Source: Spirochaetia bacterium
Lineage (GTDB): Bacteria; Spirochaetota; Spirochaetia; UBA9216
DNA: 64,000 nt
Assembly: GCA_965140585.1 (NCBI GenBank)
Contig: OZ223269.1
Location: forward strand, 608,001 to 672,000
Direction: 5' to 3'
Made by a program: the position numbers and the translations under genes. Below are positions 39,288 through 50,314 of this stretch, one piece after another. Positions within the stretch are counted from its first letter, which is position 1; every line of letters begins with the position of its first letter. Under the pieces are notes generated by a model, which made no database searches, had not been told where the DNA came from, and was given only the letters and a program-made list of their open reading frames with translations.

Positions 39288-40964
39288 ATGAAAGACAAAG
39301 ATGTATTTAACAGATTAGTACTTGAACTTACACCCGTAGAAAGAAAGGAACTGCTCAGTAAAATAGGTCCTGTAGAGGTATTCCAGGAACCTATGATTGA
39401 TTTCAGCCGTGGAGAGGAAGTTGATCTTGAAAAAGAGTTCTATTCTATGGGTTTTTTGGAAAGGATTATAATCTTTTTCAGATCTATAATATCAGGTGAA
39501 GATAAACTTCAGCTGACTGAAGAAATAATATTAAAAAAAATAGAGCGTGAAATTAAATCGGAATGCGGCGGTATAATTTCGTATAAAAACGGACAGCTTC
39601 TGCCTCCATTCCGCGAGGAGCTTCTGAAACTTGCAGAATCGGTACGGTATTTCGACAGCTGGCTGAAAAATTCATACTTCACCAATCGTGAGGATTTTAT
39701 AATCTTTCTGGGAAGCCTTCAGATGCCGGAAATACATCAGCAGCTGAGCGTGGCTGTATCTTTTGAGGAAGCTGAAAAAAGAACAGGCTTGAGTAATCTG
39801 TCTGATATTAAACGGGAAGTCAGTATCAGCCTGGAAAGTACACTTGATTTGGTATCAGGTGATTTAAGGAAAACTATGTATCTCCATGCACAGACTCTGC
39901 ACCTGCTTGGAGAACTGGTGTTATATGATTTTGAATCTCTGATAGGGCAGTTTCGCGAGCGATCAAAAAACGGTGAAACAAATTGTTTTTTCGGTGCTGC
40001 AAGGAACCTTCTTGAAAAACTGACAAATATTCTTACTTCATTCAGAATGTCGCCGGATGCAATAGTTCTTGAAGCAATTTTTCTTTTTGCGAATCAGAAT
40101 CTGCGGGCAACCGATGAAGAAACATTTCAGAATGATCTTAAGAAATTTTTAAACAATTCAAAAAGAAATCTTGAGGCTGTGAAAAAGTTCAATAAGCGAA
40201 CTATGCCTGTAAAGCTGATGAAGCTGATTACTGAGAATATAGGTTATCAGCCGGTAAAGGTTTCAGGCGGTGAAGACTGGTATAACATATACACAAGATA
40301 CTGGAATAATCTTGCCGATATTGCCTTTCGCAAATACAGTGCAGAAAAAAGAAAACTAAGAATTTATGAAGAGCTCAGGCGTTTCAATAAGAGTGATAAA
40401 CTGCCTGAACTTGATAATTATAAATACACCTATCAGTACAGTACAGGCTTTTTGAATGAGTTCATCAGAGAGCAGTTCAGTTCCATTATGAATGAGATCT
40501 TAAAGAAAATACTTGTAGACGGCCGGTTTTATAAAAAGCAGAATAAGGATGATTTTACCGATTCATATTCCCGGCTTCTTGGTCTGTATGAGAAACTTAA
40601 CAAATTTGATCAGAAAATGTCTCCTCAGGGTGAAATCGGTTCTCAACTTGCCGCTATTGAACAGGAAATGGCGGGGACAAGTGTGCGCAGGAAAAAAGAA
40701 GCTTCATTCATTGAAGCCGCTGATATGGAGGCCAGAGAGATAATTCGTACCGGAATTGAAGCAATGGCAATGCTTAAACTGATTCTGTATGGAATACTGC
40801 ATGGTCGGGCCGGCGGACAGTACGACAGTCTTTCGAATATAAACCGTCTGGTAACTGTAGAGAGCCGTGATTTTATAATTGATCTTAACAATGTGTACAC
40901 AAAACTTGAAGATTCTTGCCGGATTCTGGGTGATATTATGGATCTTGAAGAAGAGAGCAGGTAG
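39288..40964 (+). CDS. Conserved spirochaete helical protein (DUF5312-like)
   Basis: ELTPVERKELL, SGGEDWY, ILVDGRFY patterns recalled from spirochaete hypothetical proteins. Confidence 0.55.
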   Translation: MKDKDVFNRLVLELTPVERKELLSKIGPVEVFQEPMIDFSRGEEVDLEKEFYSMGFLERIIIFFRSIISGEDKLQLTEEIILKKIEREIKSECGGIISYKNGQLLPPFREELLKLAESVRYFDSWLKNSYFTNREDFIIFLGSLQMPEIHQQLSVAVSFEEAEKRTGLSNLSDIKREVSISLESTLDLVSGDLRKTMYLHAQTLHLLGELVLYDFESLIGQFRERSKNGETNCFFGAARNLLEKLTNILTSFRMSPDAIVLEAIFLFANQNLRATDEETFQNDLKKFLNNSKRNLEAVKKFNKRTMPVKLMKLITENIGYQPVKVSGGEDWYNIYTRYWNNLADIAFRKYSAEKRKLRIYEELRRFNKSDKLPELDNYKYTYQYSTGFLNEFIREQFSSIMNEILKKILVDGRFYKKQNKDDFTDSYSRLLGLYEKLNKFDQKMSPQGEIGSQLAAIEQEMAGTSVRRKKEASFIEAADMEAREIIRTGIEAMAMLKLILYGILHGRAGGQYDSLSNINRLVTVESRDFIIDLNNVYTKLEDSCRILGDIMDLEEESR

Positions 40965-40972
40965 GAAAAATA

Positions 40973-41689
40973 TTGGAAACTCAAATAGAATTATTTAATG
41001 ACGGCAATGGCTGTACTTGTTTTATGTCTTTAAAGGCTGCAGGCAGTATGGGGCAGTCTGATGATACAGGCAATATCAACAGAATCCGTATTTTTGAAAG
41101 CATGAATGTTGATTATTCAAGAGTCTGTACTGTTACTCAGATGCATACGCGTAAAGTTGTTAATGTGTCAGATTATGAAGATAGAGAAAGCATTGTACAT
41201 ATTGAGGCTGACGGTATGGTTACAGCTTCATCCAAGATAATTCCGGTTATTACCGTTGCAGACTGTATGCCGATATTTCTCTATGACTCTCACAATATGG
41301 TTCGCGCTCTGCTTCATAGCGGGTGGCAGGGAACCGGAATAGTAAAAAATGCAATATCCATAATGAAGGATGTTTACGGAAGTAAACCGGAAGAGCTGCA
41401 AGCTGTTCTTGGACCATCTATAGGAGACTGCTGTTATAAAGTTGATCAAAACCGGGCAGAAAAATTTTCCAATGAATGGGGAAGCAGCTCGGTAGTAATA
41501 AAAAGTGACGGCCCATATTTATCGCTTAAGAATGCTAATTTAAAAATCCTAGCCGAGGAAGGCATCAGTATGATTACAGATAAAAATTACTGTACCTGCT
41601 GTGATGAACGGTTCGGCTCATTCAGAAGGGAAGGCTCTGATAACTTTAACCGCATGATAGTCGGCAGTATCTTGAATCCATCAGTTTAA
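40973..41689 (+). CDS. pgeF: YfiH/PgeF laccase-like protein
   Basis: QMHT, EADG, TVADCMPI, HSGWQG, GPSIGDCCY, CTCC, SFRRE. Confidence 0.88.
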   Translation: METQIELFNDGNGCTCFMSLKAAGSMGQSDDTGNINRIRIFESMNVDYSRVCTVTQMHTRKVVNVSDYEDRESIVHIEADGMVTASSKIIPVITVADCMPIFLYDSHNMVRALLHSGWQGTGIVKNAISIMKDVYGSKPEELQAVLGPSIGDCCYKVDQNRAEKFSNEWGSSSVVIKSDGPYLSLKNANLKILAEEGISMITDKNYCTCCDERFGSFRREGSDNFNRMIVGSILNPSV

Positions 41690-41739
41690 TATGACATTAT
41701 AAGCTACTTTATCTATACATCTCCGGAGGGTACCAGATC

Positions 41740-43509
41740 ATGACAGATATGAAGGAAGTCTGGAAAGAACACATCTATAACTCATTAAAGAAGCACTCAC
41801 AGGACTGCGGGCTGGAATTAGGGCTTTCATCAGCTTCTGAAGTAATGATCGGCAATCCTCCTAAACCTGATATGGGCGATTTTGCCTTTGCGATGTTTCC
41901 ATATGCTAAAACCCTAAGGAAATCCCCGCAGCAGATAGCTGAAGCTATTGCTGAACTCATAAATACCGATTCAGCTGTAAACGGAGCGGGAAAAGCCGAG
42001 ACAGCAGGACCTTATGTAAATATACGGCTTAATATTGCCTCTAATGCAGGTGATATCCTTGAAAAGATATTCAGTGACAGTGACTCCTACGGTAAATCAA
42101 ATCTTTACTCAGGAAAAAAGGTCATGGTTGAATTTTCATGCCCGAATACTAACAAGCCGCTGCATCTGGGACATCTTAGAAATGATTCGATTGGTGCCTG
42201 CGTTGCTAGAATAATTGAAGAGAACGGGGCAGAAGTATGTAAGGTTAACCTTATCAATGACCGTGGTATTCATATCTGTAAATCAATGCTTGCATACAAG
42301 ACATTCGGTAAGGGAACTACTCCGGAAAGTGAGAATATCAAGAGTGATCATTTTGTAGGCGATTATTACGTAAAATTCGACCAGTGGTCAAAAACTGATG
42401 AAAAAGCACTCCCGCAGGCTCAGGAAATGCTGAAGGCCTGGGAGGACGGCGATACTGAAGTTAATGAACTCTGGAAAACCATGAATAAATGGACAATTGA
42501 CGGAATTCAGGAAACTTATGATAAAACCGGGATCAGTTTTGATCGGGTTTACTATGAAAGCAAAACATACTCAAGCGGTAAGGATGAAGTTCTTAAGGGG
42601 CTTGAGGACGGAATCTTCTATAAGGAAGAAGACGGTTCAGTCTGGGCAGATCTCTCTGAGATCAAACTCGATAAAAAAGTACTCCTGCGAGGAGACGGCA
42701 CTTCTCTGTATATGACCCAGGATATCGGTACCGCCAAAGCCCGACATGAAGACTGGCCCTTTGACAAACTGATTTATGTTGTCGGTTCTGAACAGAAGTA
42801 TCATTTTGCCGTGCTTTTTTATATCCTTAAAAAATTAGGCTTCAAATGGGCAGAAGACCTTGTGCATCTTTCCTATGGTATGGTTAACCTGCCTGAAGGC
42901 AAGATGAAATCAAGGGAAGGCACGGTTGTTGATGCAGATGACCTTGTTGCAGATTTAATAAATCTTGCAGGAAATGAAATTAAAAACAAGGAACGTGAGG
43001 ATGAGGTGGAAGATCTTGAAGAAACTTCGAAGGCTATAGCGCTCGGAGCTCTGAACTATTATCTGCTTCAGACTTCGCCCTCAAAAGATATGATCTTTAA
43101 TCCTAAAGAATCTCTGTCCTTTAACGGCAATACAGGCCCTTATCTGCAGTATATGGGAGCAAGAATCTCAAGTATGTTCAGGAAGTTCGAAGAGCGAAAG
43201 GCTGATTTTGATGGAATTAAGCCTGATTACAGCCTCCTCGACGGTTCAGACGAGAAAGAACTGCTTAAAAATCTTTCATCATATCCTGAAGCTGTTGTTC
43301 AGGCCGGTTCAGAGCTTAATCCTTCGGCAATTACCTCTTTTCTGTATGAACTGGCAAGGAATTTCTCCAGATTCTACCATGATAACCCGGTACTGAATTG
43401 TGAAGATAAGGCTCTTGCCCTTGCAAGGCTTGAGTTGTCAAGGGCTGTTCTTCAGGTGCTTAAAAATGCATTTAGACTGGTAGGTATACCATTTTTACAG
43501 AAAATGTAG
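41740..43509 (+). CDS. argS: Arginine--tRNA ligase
   Basis: PNTNKPLHLGHLRN, KMKSREG, GNTGPYLQY. Confidence 0.97.
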   Translation: MTDMKEVWKEHIYNSLKKHSQDCGLELGLSSASEVMIGNPPKPDMGDFAFAMFPYAKTLRKSPQQIAEAIAELINTDSAVNGAGKAETAGPYVNIRLNIASNAGDILEKIFSDSDSYGKSNLYSGKKVMVEFSCPNTNKPLHLGHLRNDSIGACVARIIEENGAEVCKVNLINDRGIHICKSMLAYKTFGKGTTPESENIKSDHFVGDYYVKFDQWSKTDEKALPQAQEMLKAWEDGDTEVNELWKTMNKWTIDGIQETYDKTGISFDRVYYESKTYSSGKDEVLKGLEDGIFYKEEDGSVWADLSEIKLDKKVLLRGDGTSLYMTQDIGTAKARHEDWPFDKLIYVVGSEQKYHFAVLFYILKKLGFKWAEDLVHLSYGMVNLPEGKMKSREGTVVDADDLVADLINLAGNEIKNKEREDEVEDLEETSKAIALGALNYYLLQTSPSKDMIFNPKESLSFNGNTGPYLQYMGARISSMFRKFEERKADFDGIKPDYSLLDGSDEKELLKNLSSYPEAVVQAGSELNPSAITSFLYELARNFSRFYHDNPVLNCEDKALALARLELSRAVLQVLKNAFRLVGIPFLQKM

Positions 43510-43587
43510 CCATTTAGAAAAATACCCCTTAAAATATAAAGTATAGCAAACTCAGGTACAGTCAAAGGATAAGAGCGGGAGAATCTG

Positions 43588-44745
43588 ATGTCGGAAAAGG
43601 GCAGGAAAACTATACTACTCGTAGAAGATGAAGTTATTATCGCTATGGCGGAGAAAATGAGCATCGAATCATTCGGATATGACGTCGTTACGGCCGTATC
43701 AGGGGATGAAGCAGTAGAAAAGACCCTTAACCAAAAGGTTGATCTTATTCTCATGGATATAGATCTTGGTAATGACATGGACGGCACGCAGGCCGCCCGC
43801 GAAATTCTGCGTCATAAATTTATACCGATAGTTTTTCTCACCTCACATTCCGAACGGGAAATGGTTGAGAAGGTTCGCGGCATAACACGATACGGTTACC
43901 TATTAAAGAATTCCGGTGATTTTATTCTTGAATCCTCAATTGAAATGGCTTTTGAACTTTATAATGCCAATGTAAACGTGATTGAGTCTGATACCAGAAT
44001 GAAGCTTCTTATAGATACTATTCCTGATATGGTCTGGTTTAAAGATGCCGATGGGGTTTTTCTTTCATGCAATCCGAAATTTGAAGCCTACTACGGTGCC
44101 TCAGAAAATGAAATCAGAGGAAAAACCGATTATGATTTTGTAAATACCAGGCAGGCTGATTTTTTCAGAAAAAATGATAAAAAGGCCATGGCTGCCGGTA
44201 AACCGACGATGAATGAAGAATGGATAGAGTTCTCGGATGGAAAGTATAGAGTACTGCTTGAGACTATAAAAACCCCCGTTTATGATAGAAAAGGCCGTAT
44301 TGTCGGAGTGCTGGGAATCGGTCGTGATATAACCAAACGGTACAGAGCTGAATCTGCTCTAATTGAATCGGAGCAGCGGCTTAACTCTGCACTTGATAAT
44401 ATACCTGCTGTGATAGTCATCTTTGATATTAAAAAAAGAATAAGGTATGCAAACAGACAGATTGAATCTATTACAGGAATGAAGCCGGATGATTTTTATG
44501 GTCAACCTGTTGAGAAAGTATGGGGAACTCTGTCGGAAAACTGGAGTGAACTAATTGATGAAACTATTAAAACCGGTGAAACAAGCAGCTCAAGGCATTT
44601 GTATATTTCAAACGATGAAACCCAGGAACTTCTGCTTTTCGGGATACCGCTGAAAAATGGGAAAGGTGAGATTGTAGAGATAATGGGAATAATATACAGT
44701 GAATATGATTTTTTTCAGGTTATAGGTGTCGGACAGGTATTGTAA
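43588..44745 (+). CDS. Response regulator with two PAS domains and no output domain
   Basis: ILLVEDE, LMDIDL, FLTSH, GYLLK; PAS (WFKDADG, GKTDYDF) plus a second PAS. Confidence 0.82.
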   Translation: MSEKGRKTILLVEDEVIIAMAEKMSIESFGYDVVTAVSGDEAVEKTLNQKVDLILMDIDLGNDMDGTQAAREILRHKFIPIVFLTSHSEREMVEKVRGITRYGYLLKNSGDFILESSIEMAFELYNANVNVIESDTRMKLLIDTIPDMVWFKDADGVFLSCNPKFEAYYGASENEIRGKTDYDFVNTRQADFFRKNDKKAMAAGKPTMNEEWIEFSDGKYRVLLETIKTPVYDRKGRIVGVLGIGRDITKRYRAESALIESEQRLNSALDNIPAVIVIFDIKKRIRYANRQIESITGMKPDDFYGQPVEKVWGTLSENWSELIDETIKTGETSSSRHLYISNDETQELLLFGIPLKNGKGEIVEIMGIIYSEYDFFQVIGVGQVL

Positions 44746-44819
44746 ATACGCTGTCTTGACTATTTATCTATTATCATGGTATATAATCAATTCAGATAAT
44801 TTAGATTAAGGTTGGATAA

Positions 44820-45131
44820 ATGTACGCACTGGTTGAAATTAAGGGTAAACAGTACAAAGCGGAAAAAGGCAGCCTGCTCAGGGTTGATAAAATAGATAGT
44901 GAAAACGGCTCAAAAGTTGAGTTCGATTCTGTTCTATTTTTAAGCGGAGACGATGTTAAAGTCGGTACCCCGTATGTTGCAGGAGCCAAAGTAACAGCAG
45001 TTGTTGAAGATCAGGTTAAAGGCAAGAAGGTTAAAATCTTCAAATATAAGAGAAGAAAAAACTACAGCCTTAGAAAGGGTCACAGACAGAAGTACACTAC
45101 AGTCAGAGTAGAAGATATAGTCGGAGCCTGA
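44820..45131 (+). CDS. rplU: 50S ribosomal protein L21
   Basis: MYALVEIKGKQYK, GTPYV, GHRQKYT. Confidence 0.97.
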   Translation: MYALVEIKGKQYKAEKGSLLRVDKIDSENGSKVEFDSVLFLSGDDVKVGTPYVAGAKVTAVVEDQVKGKKVKIFKYKRRKNYSLRKGHRQKYTTVRVEDIVGA

Positions 45132-45132
45132 C

Positions 45133-45456
45133 TTGATAAATCTGGAGATTACGCTTGATAAAAGCGGTAATCTTGAGAGGCTGAAGTCCATTGGTCATGG
45201 AGAATTGCGTGATGATGGAGTCAGCATTGCATGCGCAGCTGTTTCAGCACAGCTGCGGGGGGCTGTCAGAGCATTTGAATGCTGCGGTACTGCAATTCTG
45301 AGGGGAAGCGCAGACCAGTCCGGCAGTCTTGAATTTTCAGTTGATGCATCAAAGCTCAACAGTGACTGGCTGAAAGGTCTCACTGATGTGCTTTTAGCAG
45401 GACTTCTTGAAACAGAAAAAGATTATCCTGATGAGTGCATCATAAAATTTCTATAA
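45133..45456 (+). CDS. prp: Ribosomal-processing cysteine protease Prp (YsxB/DUF464)
   Basis: Between rplU and rpmA; GH...IACAAVS and C-terminal YPD motifs. Confidence 0.85.
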   Translation: MINLEITLDKSGNLERLKSIGHGELRDDGVSIACAAVSAQLRGAVRAFECCGTAILRGSADQSGSLEFSVDASKLNSDWLKGLTDVLLAGLLETEKDYPDECIIKFL

Positions 45457-45478
45457 TTCAGTAATCAAGGAGCTGTAA

Positions 45479-45733
45479 ATGGCACATAAAAAAGGTGGCG
45501 GAAGCAGTAAAAACGGAAGAGATTCCAACGCTCAGAGACTGGGTGTAAAAAGATTCGGCGGCGAAGTTGTTAACGGAGGAGAAATCCTTGTAAGACAGCG
45601 CGGCACTAAAATTCATCCGGGAACTAACGTCGGCAAGGGAAAAGATGATACTCTTTTCGCTAAAGTTGACGGTAAAGTAGAATTTAAAGACAGAATGGGA
45701 AGGAAGTTCGTTTCTGTAGTTCCAGGCGAATAA
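45479..45733 (+). CDS. rpmA: 50S ribosomal protein L27
   Basis: [21 protein letters not shown]. Confidence 0.98.
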   Translation: MAHKKGGGSSKNGRDSNAQRLGVKRFGGEVVNGGEILVRQRGTKIHPGTNVGKGKDDTLFAKVDGKVEFKDRMGRKFVSVVPGE

Positions 45734-45740
45734 ATAATAA

Positions 45741-46721
<981 letters not shown>

Positions 46722-46726
46722 AGGCT

Positions 46727-47311
46727 ATGGCTGAACAGATAAAAACTATTATTGCGGGCGGAACCTATGATCCTGTACATATTGGACATATGCAGCTCGC
46801 AGAAGATGTTTTACAGCATTATAAGGCGGAAAGGTTGATACTTGTTCCGTCCTTCATCTCGCCACATAAAAAAGAAAAACAGGTTATATCTCCCGAACAT
46901 CGAATCAGGATGCTTGAAATGGCTGTAAAAGACAGCCGGTTTATCATCGAGACCTGTGAGATTGACAGAGGGGGTGTTTCATATACTATTGATACAATAC
47001 GATTTATCAGAAAAAAGTATAATTTAAATGATAGACCGGGATTACTCATAGGAGATGATCTTGTAAACGGGTTCAAAAAATGGAAATGTCCGGAAGAAAT
47101 TGCCTCAGAAGCAAGGCTTATAATAGCCGATAGAGGCGAGGGAATTTCTGATGATTTTAAGTTTGAACATATTACTTTTGAAAATCTCTTTCTTGAAATC
47201 TCATCCAGCGATATTCGAAGCCGGATAAAGACAGGCCGAGCATGTCGGTTTTTAATGCCTGACGGTGTATATGAATATATTCTGGAGAATAAATTATACG
47301 GAGACAGTTAA
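46727..47311 (+). CDS. nadD: Nicotinate-nucleotide adenylyltransferase
   Basis: GGTYDPVHIGH, SYTIDT, ISSSDIR. Confidence 0.93.
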   Translation: MAEQIKTIIAGGTYDPVHIGHMQLAEDVLQHYKAERLILVPSFISPHKKEKQVISPEHRIRMLEMAVKDSRFIIETCEIDRGGVSYTIDTIRFIRKKYNLNDRPGLLIGDDLVNGFKKWKCPEEIASEARLIIADRGEGISDDFKFEHITFENLFLEISSSDIRSRIKTGRACRFLMPDGVYEYILENKLYGDS

Positions 47312-47312
47312 T

Positions 47313-47882
47313 ATGCCTGTTGAAGAAGAGATAGAAAATTATCTCAGGAACAATCTGAAGGAAAAGAGATTTCTGCATTCCAGACGCACTGCTGAAACTG
47401 CTGAAAAACTCTGTCGATTATACGGTTGCGATCCCGAAAAAGGTAGAATCGCAGGGCTTCTTCATGATATTGGTCGTGAACTTGATTACGATACGGTATT
47501 CGATAAAGTGAAGGAAGACGGATTTGGAATAAGCGATATCGAAAAAGAATATCCTGTACTTCTTCACGGAAGAGCTGGAGCCGTTATAGCAAAGGAACAG
47601 TTTAATATTCAGGATGAAGAAATTCTGGAAGCCATTAGATGGCATACAACAGGAAAGCGTGATATGTCTGAACTGTCTTCTGTTTTGTATGTTGCTGATT
47701 ATATAGAACCGGGACGGACTCATATAGATAATAATTTCAGAGCCCGAATTCGTGAAATGAATTTAAACCGTCTGGTTATGGAAGTAGTGCGAAACAGTAT
47801 TGCCTACTGCCGATCCAAAGGCTATTCGGTTGCTGAACAGACTTTTATGTTATATCATGAACTCGAAAAAAAGGTGAGCTGA
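47313..47882 (+). CDS. yqeK: Ap4A hydrolase YqeK (HD domain)
   Basis: RFLHS, GLLHD, LLHG, HTTG, ADYIEPGR. Start placed at ATG 47313. Confidence 0.9.
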   Translation: MPVEEEIENYLRNNLKEKRFLHSRRTAETAEKLCRLYGCDPEKGRIAGLLHDIGRELDYDTVFDKVKEDGFGISDIEKEYPVLLHGRAGAVIAKEQFNIQDEEILEAIRWHTTGKRDMSELSSVLYVADYIEPGRTHIDNNFRARIREMNLNRLVMEVVRNSIAYCRSKGYSVAEQTFMLYHELEKKVS

Positions 47883-47883
47883 A

Positions 47884-49080
47884 TTGAAGAATAAGATAGA
47901 GTTTGAAAAAAGCTGGATTATCCTCGTTGTAATTGTAGTAATAATCGGAGTTACCGTGTTTCTTGTTCTGGACAGAACCAGGACTGATCAAATAACCGAA
48001 ATGGTTGATAACGGTGATGAGATTAACATTGTAATACTCGTACATGATGGAGATAAGCTGCTTTTTACTGAAATTCTATTTTATAATCCAACTACGGCTA
48101 AGGCCGCTCTGCTTGATATTCCCGGCGAAACCGGTGTGATTATTCAGAAACTAGGAAAAATCGACAGAATTGATACGATATTTGAACCTGGAAATCCAGG
48201 TGAGTATATATCTGAGCTTGAAAATATTACCGATCAGGAAATACCTTTTTATATACTAATGGATATAAGTGATGTTCCTGATATGATTGATGTTGTGGAA
48301 GGTCTTGAAATGTTTATTGCCAATCCGGTTGAGATTCTGGAACCAGGACATACAGTTCTTCTGCCTTCGGGAAGCATTGTGCTTGACGGTGACAAGGCTG
48401 AAACCTATCTTACTTATGAGGATCCTGAAGAGTCGGACATAGATAAAAGCGGTCGTCATGAAAAGTTTATTCAGTCGCTTTTAAAAACGTTTCAGGATAG
48501 AGGTCCAGAGCTTTTGAATAATCGGATGTTTCCTTACCTTTATAGGACTATGGAAACCAATATCGATCGTGATTCATTCAGAGCTTTTATAACAGAATCT
48601 GAAAAAATGGATACGGGCAGAATAGTTTTTCAGCGGGTTTTGGGAGTAAAGAGGACCGTTGATGATCAGGTTCTCCTTTTCAGGCATTATGACGGCAATC
48701 TGCTGAAGGAAACAGTTAAACAGACTGTCAGTTCTATTGCAAATATGGAAGTGGTAAGTACTGAGGAACTTAACATTGCACTGCAGATACTCAATGGAAC
48801 AGCTGTGAACGGTCTCGCTTCCCGGACATCGCAGGTTTTTCAGAGTTTTGGTTATGATGTCGCGAATATTGGAAATTATATCGGTGAGATTGAAAAAACT
48901 CTCGTTATAAACAGAGGAAGTGATATTGCTCAGGCTCAGCGAGCTGCCAACATTATTAAATGCGGCAATGTACTTGCAGGTATCGAGGGTATTGAATTAC
49001 CCGAAGATATAAACGAATATGAATATGATGTTATTATAATTTTAGGTAAGGATTTTGATGGAAGATACTGCAAAGAGTGA
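47884..49080 (+). CDS. LCP-family protein with LytR C-terminal domain
   Basis: N-terminal TM; LDIP and LDGDKA motifs; C-terminal ILNGTAVNGLA...IILGKDF. Confidence 0.8.
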   Translation: MKNKIEFEKSWIILVVIVVIIGVTVFLVLDRTRTDQITEMVDNGDEINIVILVHDGDKLLFTEILFYNPTTAKAALLDIPGETGVIIQKLGKIDRIDTIFEPGNPGEYISELENITDQEIPFYILMDISDVPDMIDVVEGLEMFIANPVEILEPGHTVLLPSGSIVLDGDKAETYLTYEDPEESDIDKSGRHEKFIQSLLKTFQDRGPELLNNRMFPYLYRTMETNIDRDSFRAFITESEKMDTGRIVFQRVLGVKRTVDDQVLLFRHYDGNLLKETVKQTVSSIANMEVVSTEELNIALQILNGTAVNGLASRTSQVFQSFGYDVANIGNYIGEIEKTLVINRGSDIAQAQRAANIIKCGNVLAGIEGIELPEDINEYEYDVIIILGKDFDGRYCKE

Positions 49081-49420
49081 GCTGGTACGCCAGACAGCAA
49101 AGATAATAGAAGAACATAAAGCCAGAGATGTCATAGCGATAGATTTACGTGACCAGAACAGCTGGACCGATTATTTCATAATAGCCACAGTAAACAGTCA
49201 GGGCCATATGAGGGGTTTACTGAAAAATATTAGGAATTATCTTTCGGAAAATGAACTTGAATTCCGAAACAGACATAAAAAAGTCGATGATTACTCATGG
49301 CTTTTCATCGACTGTGGATTTATGGTTATTCACCTGTTTGATGAAGAAACCAGAGATTTTTATGACCTCGAAAAACTCTGGTTTGCCGGGAAATCTGTTT
49401 ATTCGTCGAAATCGTCGTAA
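49055..49420 (+). CDS. rsfS: Ribosome silencing factor
   Basis: KARDV, TDYFIIAT, WLFIDCG, RDFYDLEKLW. Confidence 0.93.
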   Translation: MMEDTAKSELVRQTAKIIEEHKARDVIAIDLRDQNSWTDYFIIATVNSQGHMRGLLKNIRNYLSENELEFRNRHKKVDDYSWLFIDCGFMVIHLFDEETRDFYDLEKLWFAGKSVYSSKSS

Positions 49421-49680
49421 TCAACGCCTCCGTCATATTCTAGATCGTCATCGTCATCATATTCCAGATCATCATCGTATGAATCGTTGTACTCTTCCTC
49501 TTCGAAGTCCTCGTCTGCAGAGTCTTCAAGCTCTTCGTCGTCTTCGTCAAACTCGTCGTACTCTTCATCATATTCTGAATCATAATTGTCAAAATTGTCT
49601 TCGTAGAAGTCATCATCATCGTGATAGCGATCATCAAAATCATCATCACTGGCGTAATAGAAGTCGTTTCCTTCAGACAT
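49399..49680 (-). CDS. Extremely acidic low-complexity small protein
   Basis: 93 aa, 53 D/E and 19 Y/F; GGAGAGG RBS; promoter TTGACA-18-TAGATT at 49722-49751. Confidence 0.75.
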   Translation of the reverse strand: MSEGNDFYYASDDDFDDRYHDDDDFYEDNFDNYDSEYDEEYDEFDEDDEELEDSADEDFEEEEYNDSYDDDLEYDDDDDLEYDGGVDYDDFDE

Positions 49681-49774
49681 GTTAAGCCCTCTCCATGAAC
49701 TATCGTTATTATCTTTAACTTAATCTAAGTAGAAGAAAAGCCTATTGTCAACTATATTTATTTAATTTGTTGTA

Positions 49775-50245
49775 TTAATTTTTCAGTCCTACAAAGAGTC
49801 CCATACTTCCAAAATTTCCGGCAATTTTTATTATCGCTGTTGAACCGTATGACTTGGTATCAATATAAATATTATCACCCTTGATGATAGTAGGGGGGGT
49901 GATATCGGAGTCAATACCAGCCTCTGAAAGTTTGATTGTGGATCTTCCTCCAAGCTGATTTAGAAGTTCGGCGAAGGTTTCCTTGAACATTTGATCGCCG
50001 GGTTCAATCTTTTCATCGTGCATTCCCATGTTTCTGAAAATCTCTTCCACAAGTGAAACTGCAGTATCGAGTTTTGAAAAAAGGATGAGGTGCCCGTGTA
50101 CATCACCGGTGATTCCGATGGTTGCTGTTATGTTGGATTTATCAAAAGATACACCTGTGGTATTTATGTCTATCTGACTTAGCCCGTTTTCAACGAAGAC
50201 TTCCAGGCAGGCATTACTTATTAGCTCTAGATTACTGTTTCCCAT
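49775..50245 (-). CDS. CheX-like chemotaxis phosphatase
   Basis: TATIGITGDVHG, ExxN motif (ELLN), DITPPTIIKG. Start placed at ATG 50245. Confidence 0.8.
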   Translation of the reverse strand: MGNSNLELISNACLEVFVENGLSQIDINTTGVSFDKSNITATIGITGDVHGHLILFSKLDTAVSLVEEIFRNMGMHDEKIEPGDQMFKETFAELLNQLGGRSTIKLSEAGIDSDITPPTIIKGDNIYIDTKSYGSTAIIKIAGNFGSMGLFVGLKN

Positions 50246-50314
50246 AAAATGAAGTATAGGAATATACACCGATTGTGTCAAATCATTTAGAATAAAATGT
50301 TATATATACAGTAA

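Noticed and set aside
24766-44800. Genomic island integrated at tRNA-Glu or tRNA-Gln
   Set aside because: No integrase, no duplicated tRNA 3' end found by eye, and the downstream genes are housekeeping.
49251-49685. Arg/His-rich plus-strand ORF and Met/Thr-rich minus-strand ORF
   Set aside because: These are shadow frames of the GAY/GAR-rich acidic gene, which has the RBS and promoter.
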